Below are positions 25,401 to 37,400 of a stretch of 48,427 bases of DNA, piece by piece. The position numbers were made by a program, and so were the translations under genes. The DNA lies in assembly GCA_001724265.1 (NCBI GenBank), contig MEDY01000046.1, positions 62,001 to 110,427 of the forward strand, in the 5' to 3' direction. The stretch is from Rhizaria sp. SCN 62-66. Its lineage: Eukaryota. Positions within the stretch are counted from its first letter, which is position 1; the number at the start of each line of letters is the position of its first letter. Below the pieces are notes generated by a model. The model was not told the DNA's origin, did not search any database, and was given only the letters and a program-made list of their open reading frames with translations.

Positions 25401-28400
25401 GACAATGTGGAAGACTATGACAGCAACGATGCGTCCCCGCATATGTCACTCGCAATGCCATCCTCTGTTGGTATTAATAAGCGGCAGCGCATCCAGTCAT
25501 TTTTTACGTCCACAGAGGTTGCTTCTGCCTACTCAAGGCTGCATTTCATTGCGACAACCGTTGAGACGTCTCTTGTTAAGGATACCTCAGAGCTTGCACT
25601 TGTCCGGGACCCTGCTGTTCTGAACTTAATCAAGTGGATCTGTGCGTTTGTCACACGTCTCTCAACGTGCAACAAACCTGGTGCTCCAGGCATGGACTTT
25701 GTGTTCAACGATGGACCTCTTACAATCGCACTTAAGCAAGGTCGAACTCTTCTTTTGGAAGGCCTCGATGAACCGTCAGCTGCAGTCACAGAGCGTTTTA
25801 ACAGTGCACTTGAGTACGAGCGCAACTTCAATCTCACTGAGGATGTTTTTTCGCAGCGCCAAGCTGGTGGTATTATCGCTATCCCGTCATCGTTCCGCCT
25901 GGCCGCGACAGTCACATTTGATCCGAATGCAGGCATGCTGCGGCTGTCAAGTGCGTTGCGTTCGCGTCTTACCGAGGTCTGGACGGAAGGTTATGAGGCT
26001 GCTGAACTGTGCACTGCTGTCTCTACGGTGATGCGCACTGAGGAGAGCAAATTCGCACCGGAGGCCTTGACCGCGCTGGACAATGTTATGCGTTCTGTCG
26101 TTACATGGGCTGTACCCGCGCACGCGGCGCGTGGTACTGTCTTTGGTATCCGCAACTCGCTGCGGCTTGCGCACTTTGTCACTGCGTACGCTAAGACGCA
26201 TGCCAACGTCTTTGGTCGCGAGCGTAGGATGACGCCCGAGCACGCGTGTGCGATTGCCGCGAGTGCTGTGCAGTTTGTTGTGTTGAACGCGATTCCTCGC
26301 GAAGACCGTGAGACGCTACGTGACGCACTGTCAGCTGCTGTTTTATCAAAGAGCTTCGGCAACGTGACCGTAAAACGGCTTCTTGCAGACACTAAGTTTG
26401 ACACCGCTGAGGCCGCTGCGGCAGCGCTTAAGGCAACGGCTGACGGCTACCGTGGCGCATTACCACCTTCTTTTGCTGCAGACGATAAACACTTTGATCA
26501 TCCACCGATGTGGGGTGTGAGCGCCGAAACGCGTCGCCTAGTCGCGATTGCCGAGGATGACACGACGCTCCTGGCTGGTGTTGCTGTCGTTGATACGATC
26601 GCTCTCGCACCATGTCGCCGCGGTTGGCGCGCATGCGATGTTTGGGCGGTATGGCGACATGAGCGCTTCTGCGCGCTGAAGAGCGTCCGCAAGAATCTCG
26701 AAAACATCTTCTTTGCGACGAGCCTTGGCATGCCACTTCTGCTTGAAGGTGCGCCTGGTAACGGCAAGACTGCGATTGTGCGACTCGTACACCGCGTGCT
26801 AGGCTTCGCAGGCGTCAAGACTGCCGCACGCATTGATAATGAAGTTGTTGCTGTTATTGATCCCGCTGCTCGCAAGAGTGACTTTGATCATTACGTGCGT
26901 TTGAACGCGACTCGTTCTAGTACTAGCGGCGCAATGTTCGGGCAGTATATTGCAAGCGCTGACAGTGAGGGTCAGCAGGTGTTCCTCTGGCAGGAAGGCG
27001 CCATGAGTTCGGCTTTACAAGAGGCACGCGACTGCACCGACGGTTCGCAGCTAACATTCCTTCTGCTGGATGAGATCAACACATATAGCTCAGAGATCCT
27101 ACAGACAATTGTTCCTTACATCGCTGACTCTGTTCCAGGTGCCGCTGTGACGCACGGTGACCCTGCTAAGCGCTTAGTGCCAGCGTCAGTCCGTGTGTTT
27201 GCAACGATGAATCCGGCGAGTGTCGGTGGCGGTCGCGTAACGCTTCCTCCTGCTTTGTCAAATCTGTTTGTGCGTGTAGAGCTCGAGGAGTACACAAATG
27301 ATGATCTGTGCCTCATTGTGTCGCACTTGACTCTTGGCAACGAGAAGAATATTCTCGGTAAAGCAGAGGTTGAGTTGCTACTTCGCATCCACATCAAGCT
27401 TTCTACTATGATTACGAACCGTGACATAGCATCGATTCCGCGCCACGAAAACTACAACTTGCGTGATCTGACAATGCTTCTTGCCATGGTGCGCACGTAC
27501 ACGCCTATCATGCAAGCTTTGTCGCGCCTTTCGAGTTCTAGTGGACCTGCCGTAAACGCCGCCTCATCATCATCATCATCGTCGTCTTTTTCTGCTGTAA
27601 ACACTGATGTTGCACGTGACAGCTCCGTAGCACGCCACGCAGTTAGTAAGTTCGCAAGTCTGGTCTACGCACATCGCATCTCCGACTCTAAGGAACAGGC
27701 ACTTGCGGTTAAGGCTATTGTGGATGAGACCAACAGTGCATCTGACTCTGCAGCTGCTGCTGCTCAGCAGCGTTCTGGAGCTGCTCACGACTATCTTGAT
27801 TCAGACGTTTCGTTCACTTCGCTTGCGAATGCTGAAACTGTTGCAGTTATGAGCCGGTTCATTCGTATTGGCATTGTATTTGCCCAACGTGGCCCTCACC
27901 GCTCTATGGAACTTCCATTAGTCCACACCGCGGATACGGTAGAGTTGCTGGAAGCGATGCTCGCGGCTTCTCAGTCGCGGTGCCCTGTATTGCTTGAAGG
28001 TCCGCTTTGCGGCGGCAAGACTGCTCTTGTCCGTGAGCTTGCGCGGCTTTGTGGTCACAAACTCAATACTGTTAATCTTCATCAGGACGCTGATGATGGC
28101 GATCTTGTTGGCACATGGGTCCCACGCTCTTCGGACCGTACTTCTAAGAACACTCTTGAACATGCGATTTCAGCTTCCGATGCTGTTTTCATTGCCGTTT
28201 GTGCCAATCTTCGGAAGCGCGTGCGGGCGACAATGACCTTGAAAAATGCGGCGTTACTTGTAGCGCTTGCCAAGGAACACAGGGCCATCTCTGAGGCTAC
28301 TGCAATCGACACGGCTATTGCTGCAGTCCAAGCATTCCGCACTGCGTATAACCACCTTCCTAATGCGCTTGTTTGCTCTGATCATCGGGCCTTGTTGAAG

Positions 28401-31400
28401 AAACATTCAGATGCCCTGAATGAAGAAATCAACGCCACCAGGGCCGCCAAGCGCGCTGCGGAAATTGCGGCATCCTCGGACGGTCCCACTTCGCACGCTG
28501 TCAAGTTCGAGTTTGAATACTCTAAGCTTGTCAATGCGCTTGAGACAGGTGAGTGGGTTCTGTTGGACGCAGTCACAGCGTGTCCGCCGCACGTGATTGA
28601 GCGTATCCTTTCTGTGCTCGAAGGTGAGTCGGCTAGTATGACACTGCTCGAGGATGGTACAGGTCGTATGTGGACCGCTGCACCTGTACCTGGTGGAAAC
28701 ACAAAGCTGCGCAGTCAGATCAACCCAAACTTCCGGTTGTTCCTTACTTCGACCACGGGCCGCGCAGGCACGCACAAGCTATCAAGTGCGCTGCGCAACC
28801 GTGTTGTCAAGATCACAGTACCCGCACTGCATGAGCGCAAAGGCTACGCCGAGATTCTGAATCGCGTCGCGACTCAATTCACTGCTTCGGTCGCCGATAG
28901 CTCCCTAGCTGGTGCTACGAAGCACGCGCTCCCAATGCATCTTGTCGCCAACACTGTTGTCACAGTTTTCCGCAACGTGCGCCAGCTTGTCGCGTCGTCG
29001 CGCATCACCGCTCCGCTCGGTCTCTCGCTTTCGCACCGCTCCGCTCTGTCAGCAGCTGCAATGGCCACGCGCATGGCGTCGGGACCCAATGCGGTCCCCA
29101 TGACTGTAGCGCTGGCGCGTGTGTTATCGATGATTATTGTGGATCGATTCAACGATGAAAGCGAACGCGATGAAGTCACGGACAAGATTGTTACCGCTCT
29201 CATTCCCTTCGCCAACGCCACCGGAGTTAATATGCCTGCGCCTGTCATCGAGAAGGCTTCAACAGCTGAGTTTGTCGAAAGCTCAACGGGTGCACATGCG
29301 GCGATCGTGATGCATCAGGCAATGCGCAGGCGTGGCAGGCAACTGCTACGAAGTGTCAAGAAGCTTGAACAAGACATTAAGCCAGTGGTGTCATGGCTAC
29401 TCTCAGTCGCCCCCGCTCTACAGCGCGCACCAGGTCTCGCGGTTTGGCTTGGTGATGTGACACCTTTGACGGTGCAAGAGGTGGAGATTCAAGTCGTGGC
29501 TGGGCGCGAGCTCAAAAAGGCGGCGTTGCATGTGGTCACCGAAGCAGTGGGTGCCGTGTCAGTGCTCGCAATTCCCAGCCTGCGCGATCTGCTTGCAAGC
29601 TTTGCTGATGCTGCCGCAGCTCTCAAGAAACTCCGTCCTCTTAGGAAGGCACTGCAGCTGATATCGCACAGTGGGCTTGAAGCTGTAGTGTCTGAATCCG
29701 GAGGTAACGATGCTAGGTGCGCACGCACTTTGCTTTCAGAGCTTGAAGCAGCCGTGGCTGTGTGCGACTGGATAAAAGAGGTCCGTCAAAAGCTTGATGC
29801 ACTCGCAGAGCACCGTACTTGCGCAGGGATCATCGGCGAGGCAGAAGACGCTTCGGAGCAACTGAAGGAAACTAGCGTCGATGGGCTCGCGTATGCGCTG
29901 CTTGACGAGGTCATGTCGCTCTCGCTGTTCACTAGTCCAGGTTTTAGCAAGGCTTCTGCTGGTGTGCCTGTTTTAACTCTGGGCGAAAAGCGTCGCACAC
30001 TTGTAGCCGCACTCTTAGACGCTAGTGACAAGATTAATGGACTCAACGTCTCCGCTCCTGACCAGATCAACCTCGAAGTGTTGCTCACCACATTAGCAGC
30101 GACGGCGCTCAAATGGCGTGTGATGGCAAAGACGGGCGTGGGCTCTTTGCAACGTGTTGTGCTGCGTCACGACGAGTTGTTGCAATATTTCGATGCCGCC
30201 GTCCTTCATAAAGTTAAGATTGCATTAACTGACTTTTTGGTAATTACAAGCTCTGTGTACAAAAAGGCACCCAACCTCATGGACAACGACCTCTTCTTTG
30301 AACGGATCGGTCCTGGTACTCTACTATGGCAGAAATGCGAGCAAGTAGTGTTTTCTGGCGTATGTAACAGGCTCAATGCAGCTGCCTTACTTGCATGTGT
30401 TCCTGAGCATCGTTCAACTGTGGACGCAGCCACAAACCGGGTGCAATCGTGTGCGCTTTCAACTGCTCGGTTAGATACAGACGAGTGGATGTCTCACCCG
30501 CTTGGGTTGATGATGCTCACGGTGCACCATGCGCTGTTTTACCCCCATTCGCCGCGCCACGACATTGTGGCCGTGCGTTACCACAGTCTGGCCGCAATGG
30601 ATGACCCAGCTCTTGACCGCTACGCAGCGCTGCGCGCGGACGAAGCCGCCTCCGATTCCGTGGAGGTTCACATTGCTTGGGTGCCTGTGCATGCGACTGC
30701 GCAGTTTGCGCACGCTGATGTGCAGCGTGACTTTGGTGTGCTCGTGACGTTCCCTACTTTTCCAGCTCCTGCAGCGGGTCTCCCGATGACTGACTCCGAT
30801 CATGAGCAAAGGGATGAAAATAAAAGCGATGAGATGGAGGCTGGCACAGCTCAATGCAACAGGGTTGGTCGTGCTGCAGTGTTAATTGTACCTGCATCGA
30901 CTCTCCGTCATAAGGAAACTAAGAATCGTCTCGACAATGATTGGTGCCTGCGTTTTCCCGGGTTGCGAGTCATTACAGTCGACGTCAAGGTTAGCTATGA
31001 TCACATTGCGCCCGTTGCCCGTAGTGTGCTCCCCAATCAGCAACACGAAGAGGAGGAAGAAGAGGGTGTACCTATATACGGTCATGCGTCAGCACCGATG
31101 GTCGATGAAGATGTCGAAGAAGAGTTGGCCAAGCCCATAAGCGTCGTGTCCGCCCTCTGCCTTACAGTCAAGAATGTACTTGTAGGTCATCTTGCGCATC
31201 CCGCTGCTCTTATCAAGCTTGGCGCAACTCAATCTATTGACGTCGAGCAACATCGAGGCGAGCCCGAGTTGCTCTTTGAACGCGATAGCCAGCAGCTACT
31301 GAGTGAGCTCCGATCATACACCAACAATGTCTCTGTTGATGTCACACAATCTGTTCCCGCAGAGCTAACGCGCGCTCGCGAGGCAATGCGCGTGAGCCAA

Positions 31401-34400
31401 ATCTTTGACGTATTGGTTGACCAGTTTCAACAATCCAACGGCGAGCGTCCAGATCAGGCAGTCACGTATTTCCGCGAAAATGGGCTCATCCCGATAAAGT
31501 CAGCGGACGATGCGTTTATCATTGAGCTATCTTTAGTCGCTAATCTGACTTGGGAAAGCATCTCTCGAGTTCCTGCACATGAGCATGCTCAAGCCATGTT
31601 CCAGCTGCGCGACTGTATCAATAATAGCATTGTATTCAAGCTACCGCAAGACATGAACATCGACGATCATCCCCTAACTGATGTAATTTCTGCGTTCGAA
31701 GACAGGAGTGAACAGCAAAGTCGTTTCGCGCCCGCGCTTGACTCTGCGCGTAAACTCCTCGGGTGTACCCTCGATGGAGTGGCGGCGGCCGAGGCTCTTA
31801 TTAAGGGTGTTGCCAATGTACTGTTAATTGATAGTCAGCACGTAGCAACACGTCAAACCTCGCGTGGTTATGTCTTCCGTCGCCTGATGCAACTGGTTGT
31901 ACTTTGGGAGGTCATGTGCACAGCTATGACCGCGCTGGGTGACGCTGTTGCAACGTTTGACGGTATGGTGTCGCAATGTTCGGGTGCTGCCGACATCCTT
32001 CGCGCGCTGGCCGCAGTTTATCTTGCAAGTGTACATACGAATGCTGCTGCAGACGCAATTCCAAAATATGCGTTGGAACTTGGTGACTCAAAGAGCGAGC
32101 TCATGGTAGCCCTTAACGGAGCAGTGAAGACTATTGGTGCGCTTGCGAACAACTTTTGGCGTGCAGCTGAGAATCTTGACCCAAACATCAAGGGAAATGC
32201 TGAGAACAATCAGGTGTCCGATACAGCTGTGGCCGAGGTCGCGAAGCAACGTGACCGCGCGAATGAGCAGGAACAGCGAGCGCAAGCAGATCAAAAGGCC
32301 CGCGAAGAAGAGATGTTACGTCGCCGTCGCGCCCGTTTCAGTGATGTCCGGGAGCGTTTGCACAAACTCTTGCATCGCGTGAGCCGTACTGGTGACGCGC
32401 AGCTGCTGCAGCGTGGACTGGCGCTTTTAAGTGGATTGGACAAGCTGCTCAAGCAGGCGCACGAAGAACCTGTGACGGGCGCTATGCTGGTTGAACTTGA
32501 CACTCAGGTCAAGGAGCTCGGCATCTACGAGGCTGATCTTGCAACAGTCGAGCGCAATGGCAATGCTAACTCTGTTGCATTGCAACACCTGCTCGACGAT
32601 CCTGATATCAAAGCAGCAGCTGCTTTAAATGAAGACTCATGTCGTCAGCTGAGTCCTGACGACGACAGATCACGTGTTATCGCAATTGAAAAGCTTATCA
32701 ACATTTGGCAGAGATACAACCTTGCTTCATACTGTCAGAAAGCAACAGTGGCTGTTCACCAGATCGACAAGTTCGTGAAGAATCTTCATGTGATTTGTGA
32801 CCGTGGAACCGCGATGCTTGATGTGACTGTACTACGGGTATTTGAGGGTGATTTTACTCGTTTTCTTGCGCCTAGTATTCGACTTGCAAACCAGAGTTAT
32901 GCTGAATGGGTTTCGAAGCTGACGACACATATCGTTTCGCTTGTGCATTCAGTTGAAACGCATGATGGTAAGAAGTGCGATCATGTCTTGCACATCCTAG
33001 GTATCATGGCATATCTGCGGACGCTGCTTCAAGGGGCTTGCCGCGGTACGAGTGACACGTCTACGTGCAGGCTAACTGTGGCTGTCGATAGGATTGCAGC
33101 GACAGAATGTGCAGCTCGTGATGGTTTTGAAGTGCCTTTGTGGGCTGCTTATGCGATTAAACAGCCTGCTGAGATGACTTTGTCGAGCTGGCCTGGTGTT
33201 ACAACGACGACTGCCGCCTTTATGGGTCCTGAACAGCTCAGTCGCGTCCTTCCTGATCTCACTTGGGCGTTTAGTGCTGTAATCGCGCCCTTCGCCGACT
33301 TGGTCTCGGCGTTTCCCCAGCTCTCCGCTGTAACCGCGACGGCTGGGTCTTCCGACTCCGCATTGAGCCGTCGTGCACGCGAGATTGTCGCACAAATTGC
33401 GTCCGAGCTCACTGATAAGACTACACTCCTGCCTGCGACGGTGCTACCCGCACTAGCTGATGCTGTGACACTCTTCAATGACGCTAAAGGAAGTGTGTTT
33501 CACAATAGTACATCTATTACCCCGCGTGATATTGGTGTGGCACGCTTCCTGGCACTGGTCGTACTTGTGCGCGCGCATGTCACTCACCCTGAAGTCGTAG
33601 CGTTGGCGCCCCCAACTGTTGTGCCCGAGCAACTTGACGCGAAGCTGCTACAACTCCAAGAGGAACGCAGGGCTGAGCGGGACCGCACGGTTGGCATGGT
33701 CTTTTGCAACGCGATCAAGACGCAGAATGCGCGTGAGATAGCTCTGGCATCCAAGAGGAACGACAATGAGAGCGAACTGCGTCGGCTTAAGGAGAGGATC
33801 AAGCAGGTGTTCGTGTCGGATGTTGATCGGAGGGAACATCTCTCAAAACAAGAAAATGATCTTATTGCGAAGCACAAACGTGAGACTGATGATTTGGTCC
33901 GTAAGTGGGACGTGTCAAATTCGACTCTGGCTGCGGCCCGTAGTCAACTTGAGGCGTTTGATAAGGACACCGCTATCCTGATAGGCGAGGCTCGGCAGGA
34001 CGCTATTCCGTACAAAGCCACGTTATTCTCTGCGCTCGCGTGCTTGCTCACCCCAACCGGACTCGATCCTACCATGTTGACCGACATGTTAACCAATAGT
34101 GCTCTCCCGCAGGTTCTCAGCTGTGTATTCGATGACTTCCCTCTCAGTGCTTCTGAGCTGCATGAGCGCATGGTGCGGGCCGATCAATTGTTATGTGACC
34201 TTTATCAATCTCGTACTGATTTGAGCTTGCAAGCACCGTTTACGAAAATGCTTGGTTGCTTGATTATGACATCTTGTGGCGAGATTAAAGGTGTTTTTGA
34301 CGCGGCCGAGGCTGATGAGAAGGCGGGAGCTGCGCTGTCGACAGCAGAAAAAACTCCTGGTTCAGTGCGCGCCGCGGCCGCAGATGCACTTTCTCAGAGT

Positions 34401-37400
34401 CGGTGGCTGCACGATTTCACGAACAAATTCTTCGATACACACTGCGCCGCGGACGGATTGGAGACGCACACACAGTCTCGGCACATTCGCACCGATATTA
34501 CGGGTGCCGCATCACTATGTCTTACGCTTAAGAGTGCTCTTCAAAACACGAAAGATGCAGTACAGCATGCGCCGCGAGTCATTTTCACCGCGACGGGCAG
34601 ATCTGTTACCAATCAAGACGAGCAGGACACCAATGTGTCAATGTCTCTCAAGCACTCGGTGCGTGTGCGTCACCTAATGATCGCACTTGTGAGTGCGACA
34701 AGTACATATCTCCGTTCAACATACGAGCCAGGGTGTCTTCATGGCGTCATTTCCAACGAAGATGAGCTCGCAGCTGCCGAGATTCCTGCGCTGACGACGA
34801 CAACTGCAGAGGCTAATAACAAGGACACGATGGTCGACGAAGATGGATCAACGCCGGCTCCAGCTTCTGGAGCGTCAACAGCTCCGACAGCTGTGGATGA
34901 AGTTGGTCGTGACAACCGACGCAAGTGCGAGCGCATGGCTGCTGCAACACGTATCGCAACCGTGACGCGTGAACTTCAGGCTCTGTTAGGCACCCATGCA
35001 GAAGCGTGTACAGGTGTGACCGCGGTGCCTCTTCTGCTCGCAGACGACCTGCGCGCCATGACGTCGGCTGTTGACACGCCTGTAATCCGCGCTGCTAACG
35101 CACTTGGCCGTCTGCGACTTGAGCTTTATCAGCTTGCTACACAGATCAATAATGACACGGCTTCGCAGCATTTTGTTGGCAGGACTTTCTATGAAGTGCA
35201 GCAAATCTTGGCTGGTGATATGCGTACTATGGCACCGCTTGTTTGTGCGGCGTCGGAGGCATTTGATGCACTCAAGAATCTCGCTACACAGCAAAATATT
35301 GCCTTCTCATCCGTGGGTGTTTTAGATAAGCTCATGCATGAGCTGCCTCGATGTGATTCCGCCGATTTTTCAGCCCCAGGAAGCGCGCCAGGTCTGATTA
35401 CACATGTTGCGACTGCGGTACGCGAAGCGCGTGTAGCTTTTTTTGAGCTGTTGTGCGTGCGCGCGAGTGTTTTGTTTGCATCCGCAGCTGCCTTTTCACG
35501 TGACCAATACTCCAGTAGCTTTGGTGAAAATGACATTGTAGACCCCGCGAAGGCGGCGCTTGTTGACACTATCTTGGACGCAACTGCGCGCGGCGCTGCC
35601 GCTATTGCAGGCGTGTGCGCTGCGGCGTGCGATGCATCACAGAATAGCCTTGGCAGCGACGTCGAGCTTGCTCCCGTTGTCACCGCGCTTGTGGGACTGC
35701 TTACGCGGGCGCTGAGGCAGATTAGGGATCTTGACGTTTCTCTGGCAAGGGATGCTGCTATTGTTCATAATGTTGCCAACTCAGACGATAACTCTGAAGG
35801 TCAAGACGACGAGGATGAGGAAAATTTGGGAGAAAATGACGATGAAACATCAGATCTCCAGATAGATAGTGCTCTGTCGTCAGACAACGACGCTCTGGCA
35901 CTTATTCTCTCGCCTTCGGCCGCTGTAGTATGGTGTCTGCGCAACGGTGTATCACGTGAACTCATCACTTGCACCGGCGATCTCATCGACTCAGTTGCAG
36001 CAGCGTGGACTAAACTTGCTGAGTTGATTGACGCCCAGCAACTGCAGCGCCTTGCCGATACTGCGGCGACTGCGCTTGCAGATCGTTCGCCAGCGCTGCA
36101 GAGTGACGAGGCGTGGGACCACTTAAGTCGGGAACGAATTCGGCAATATAAGCACGCAATGCGCGCACACGTGGAGTATCTTGACGAGTGTGTTGATATC
36201 CGCGATGGTAACGCTCGGGCGTTTGATGAGTTGATGGATATCATGCAAAGGGCGACGACGCATCATCCTATGAACTGGATGATTCATAATGTGCTTAGGC
36301 AGCACATTCCCTGGGGTCGACACAATGAGCTCGTGAGTCGACGTGATTCTGCGTATTCGATGCAACACATCTTTAATGTGCGCGTTAATGCTGTCTACTT
36401 TCCAGCAAGCATGGCAAAGATTGATTTTTTCAAAGGTCTTGTGTTCACCCCGCATATCATACTCACCTTCATTGATAAACAACTTCGCTCGGGCTCGCGG
36501 ATTGTGGTCCCGATTCATCCAGAATTGTTGAATGGTGGTATGTGTAAACTCGCTGACACTGACGTCGGCTTCTACATGGGCGCACCGATGTCTGGAAATT
36601 TTCTTCTTATGGCTACGTTTAAAGAGCATCCAGATGTTGTATTCAGTGGTGATGTTGATCTGGTGAAATTCCGCGAGGGCTTTTCGATCCTACATGCTGA
36701 ACTACAGCCGAACAACGCTGCAAAAAGGAAGAATATTGGTACTGTCGTTGTTCATCTTAAAGGCGAGGGTGAATTCACAGAACGCTGGGTGGCCCGTAAT
36801 GCCTCTCTGCGCGATGCTATTCATGGTCTCAGCTCTGCGAGTGGGGCGGAAAATGTAGCCAGCTCAGTTTTAAATGACCTTATCAGGGCTGCTGGCAAAC
36901 TCCGCAACACGCCTCAACCTGTTCAGGAGCCAACGGCCCCCACAGCACGGGGATCGCGCAAAACGATTATTGACACCATCAGGAATACGATCCGGCATGT
37001 GCTATGTAGCACGATGCCTCCCGTAAGTAACGCACTACATGCAGTTGGTGAGATGTCATCAGCATTCGCGCTCTTTAAGGAATCCACAACGGTTACACTG
37101 AGTAGCAGTGCAGCTATTGCCGAGCATACAAGTGGCGTGACTGTTCATTTAACACAGGTTGCTGATGCCGCCGACGAGATTGTGCGGTCGTGGGTGGGAA
37201 ACACGAATCTTCATCTCTTGGCCGATCTTGTGCACTCGACCGCTGCACATTCGATCAGTGGTGACCTGATGCTTGCGGGCATTGAAACGCGGACCTTACA
37301 GGCAGTGTTGGTGCAGGTGCTGCAGACTTTTGTCAGCCATGTGCACGAATGCAATCACACTGCCAACGTAAGATGGGGAAAGGCGCAGAAGGAGCTTGCG

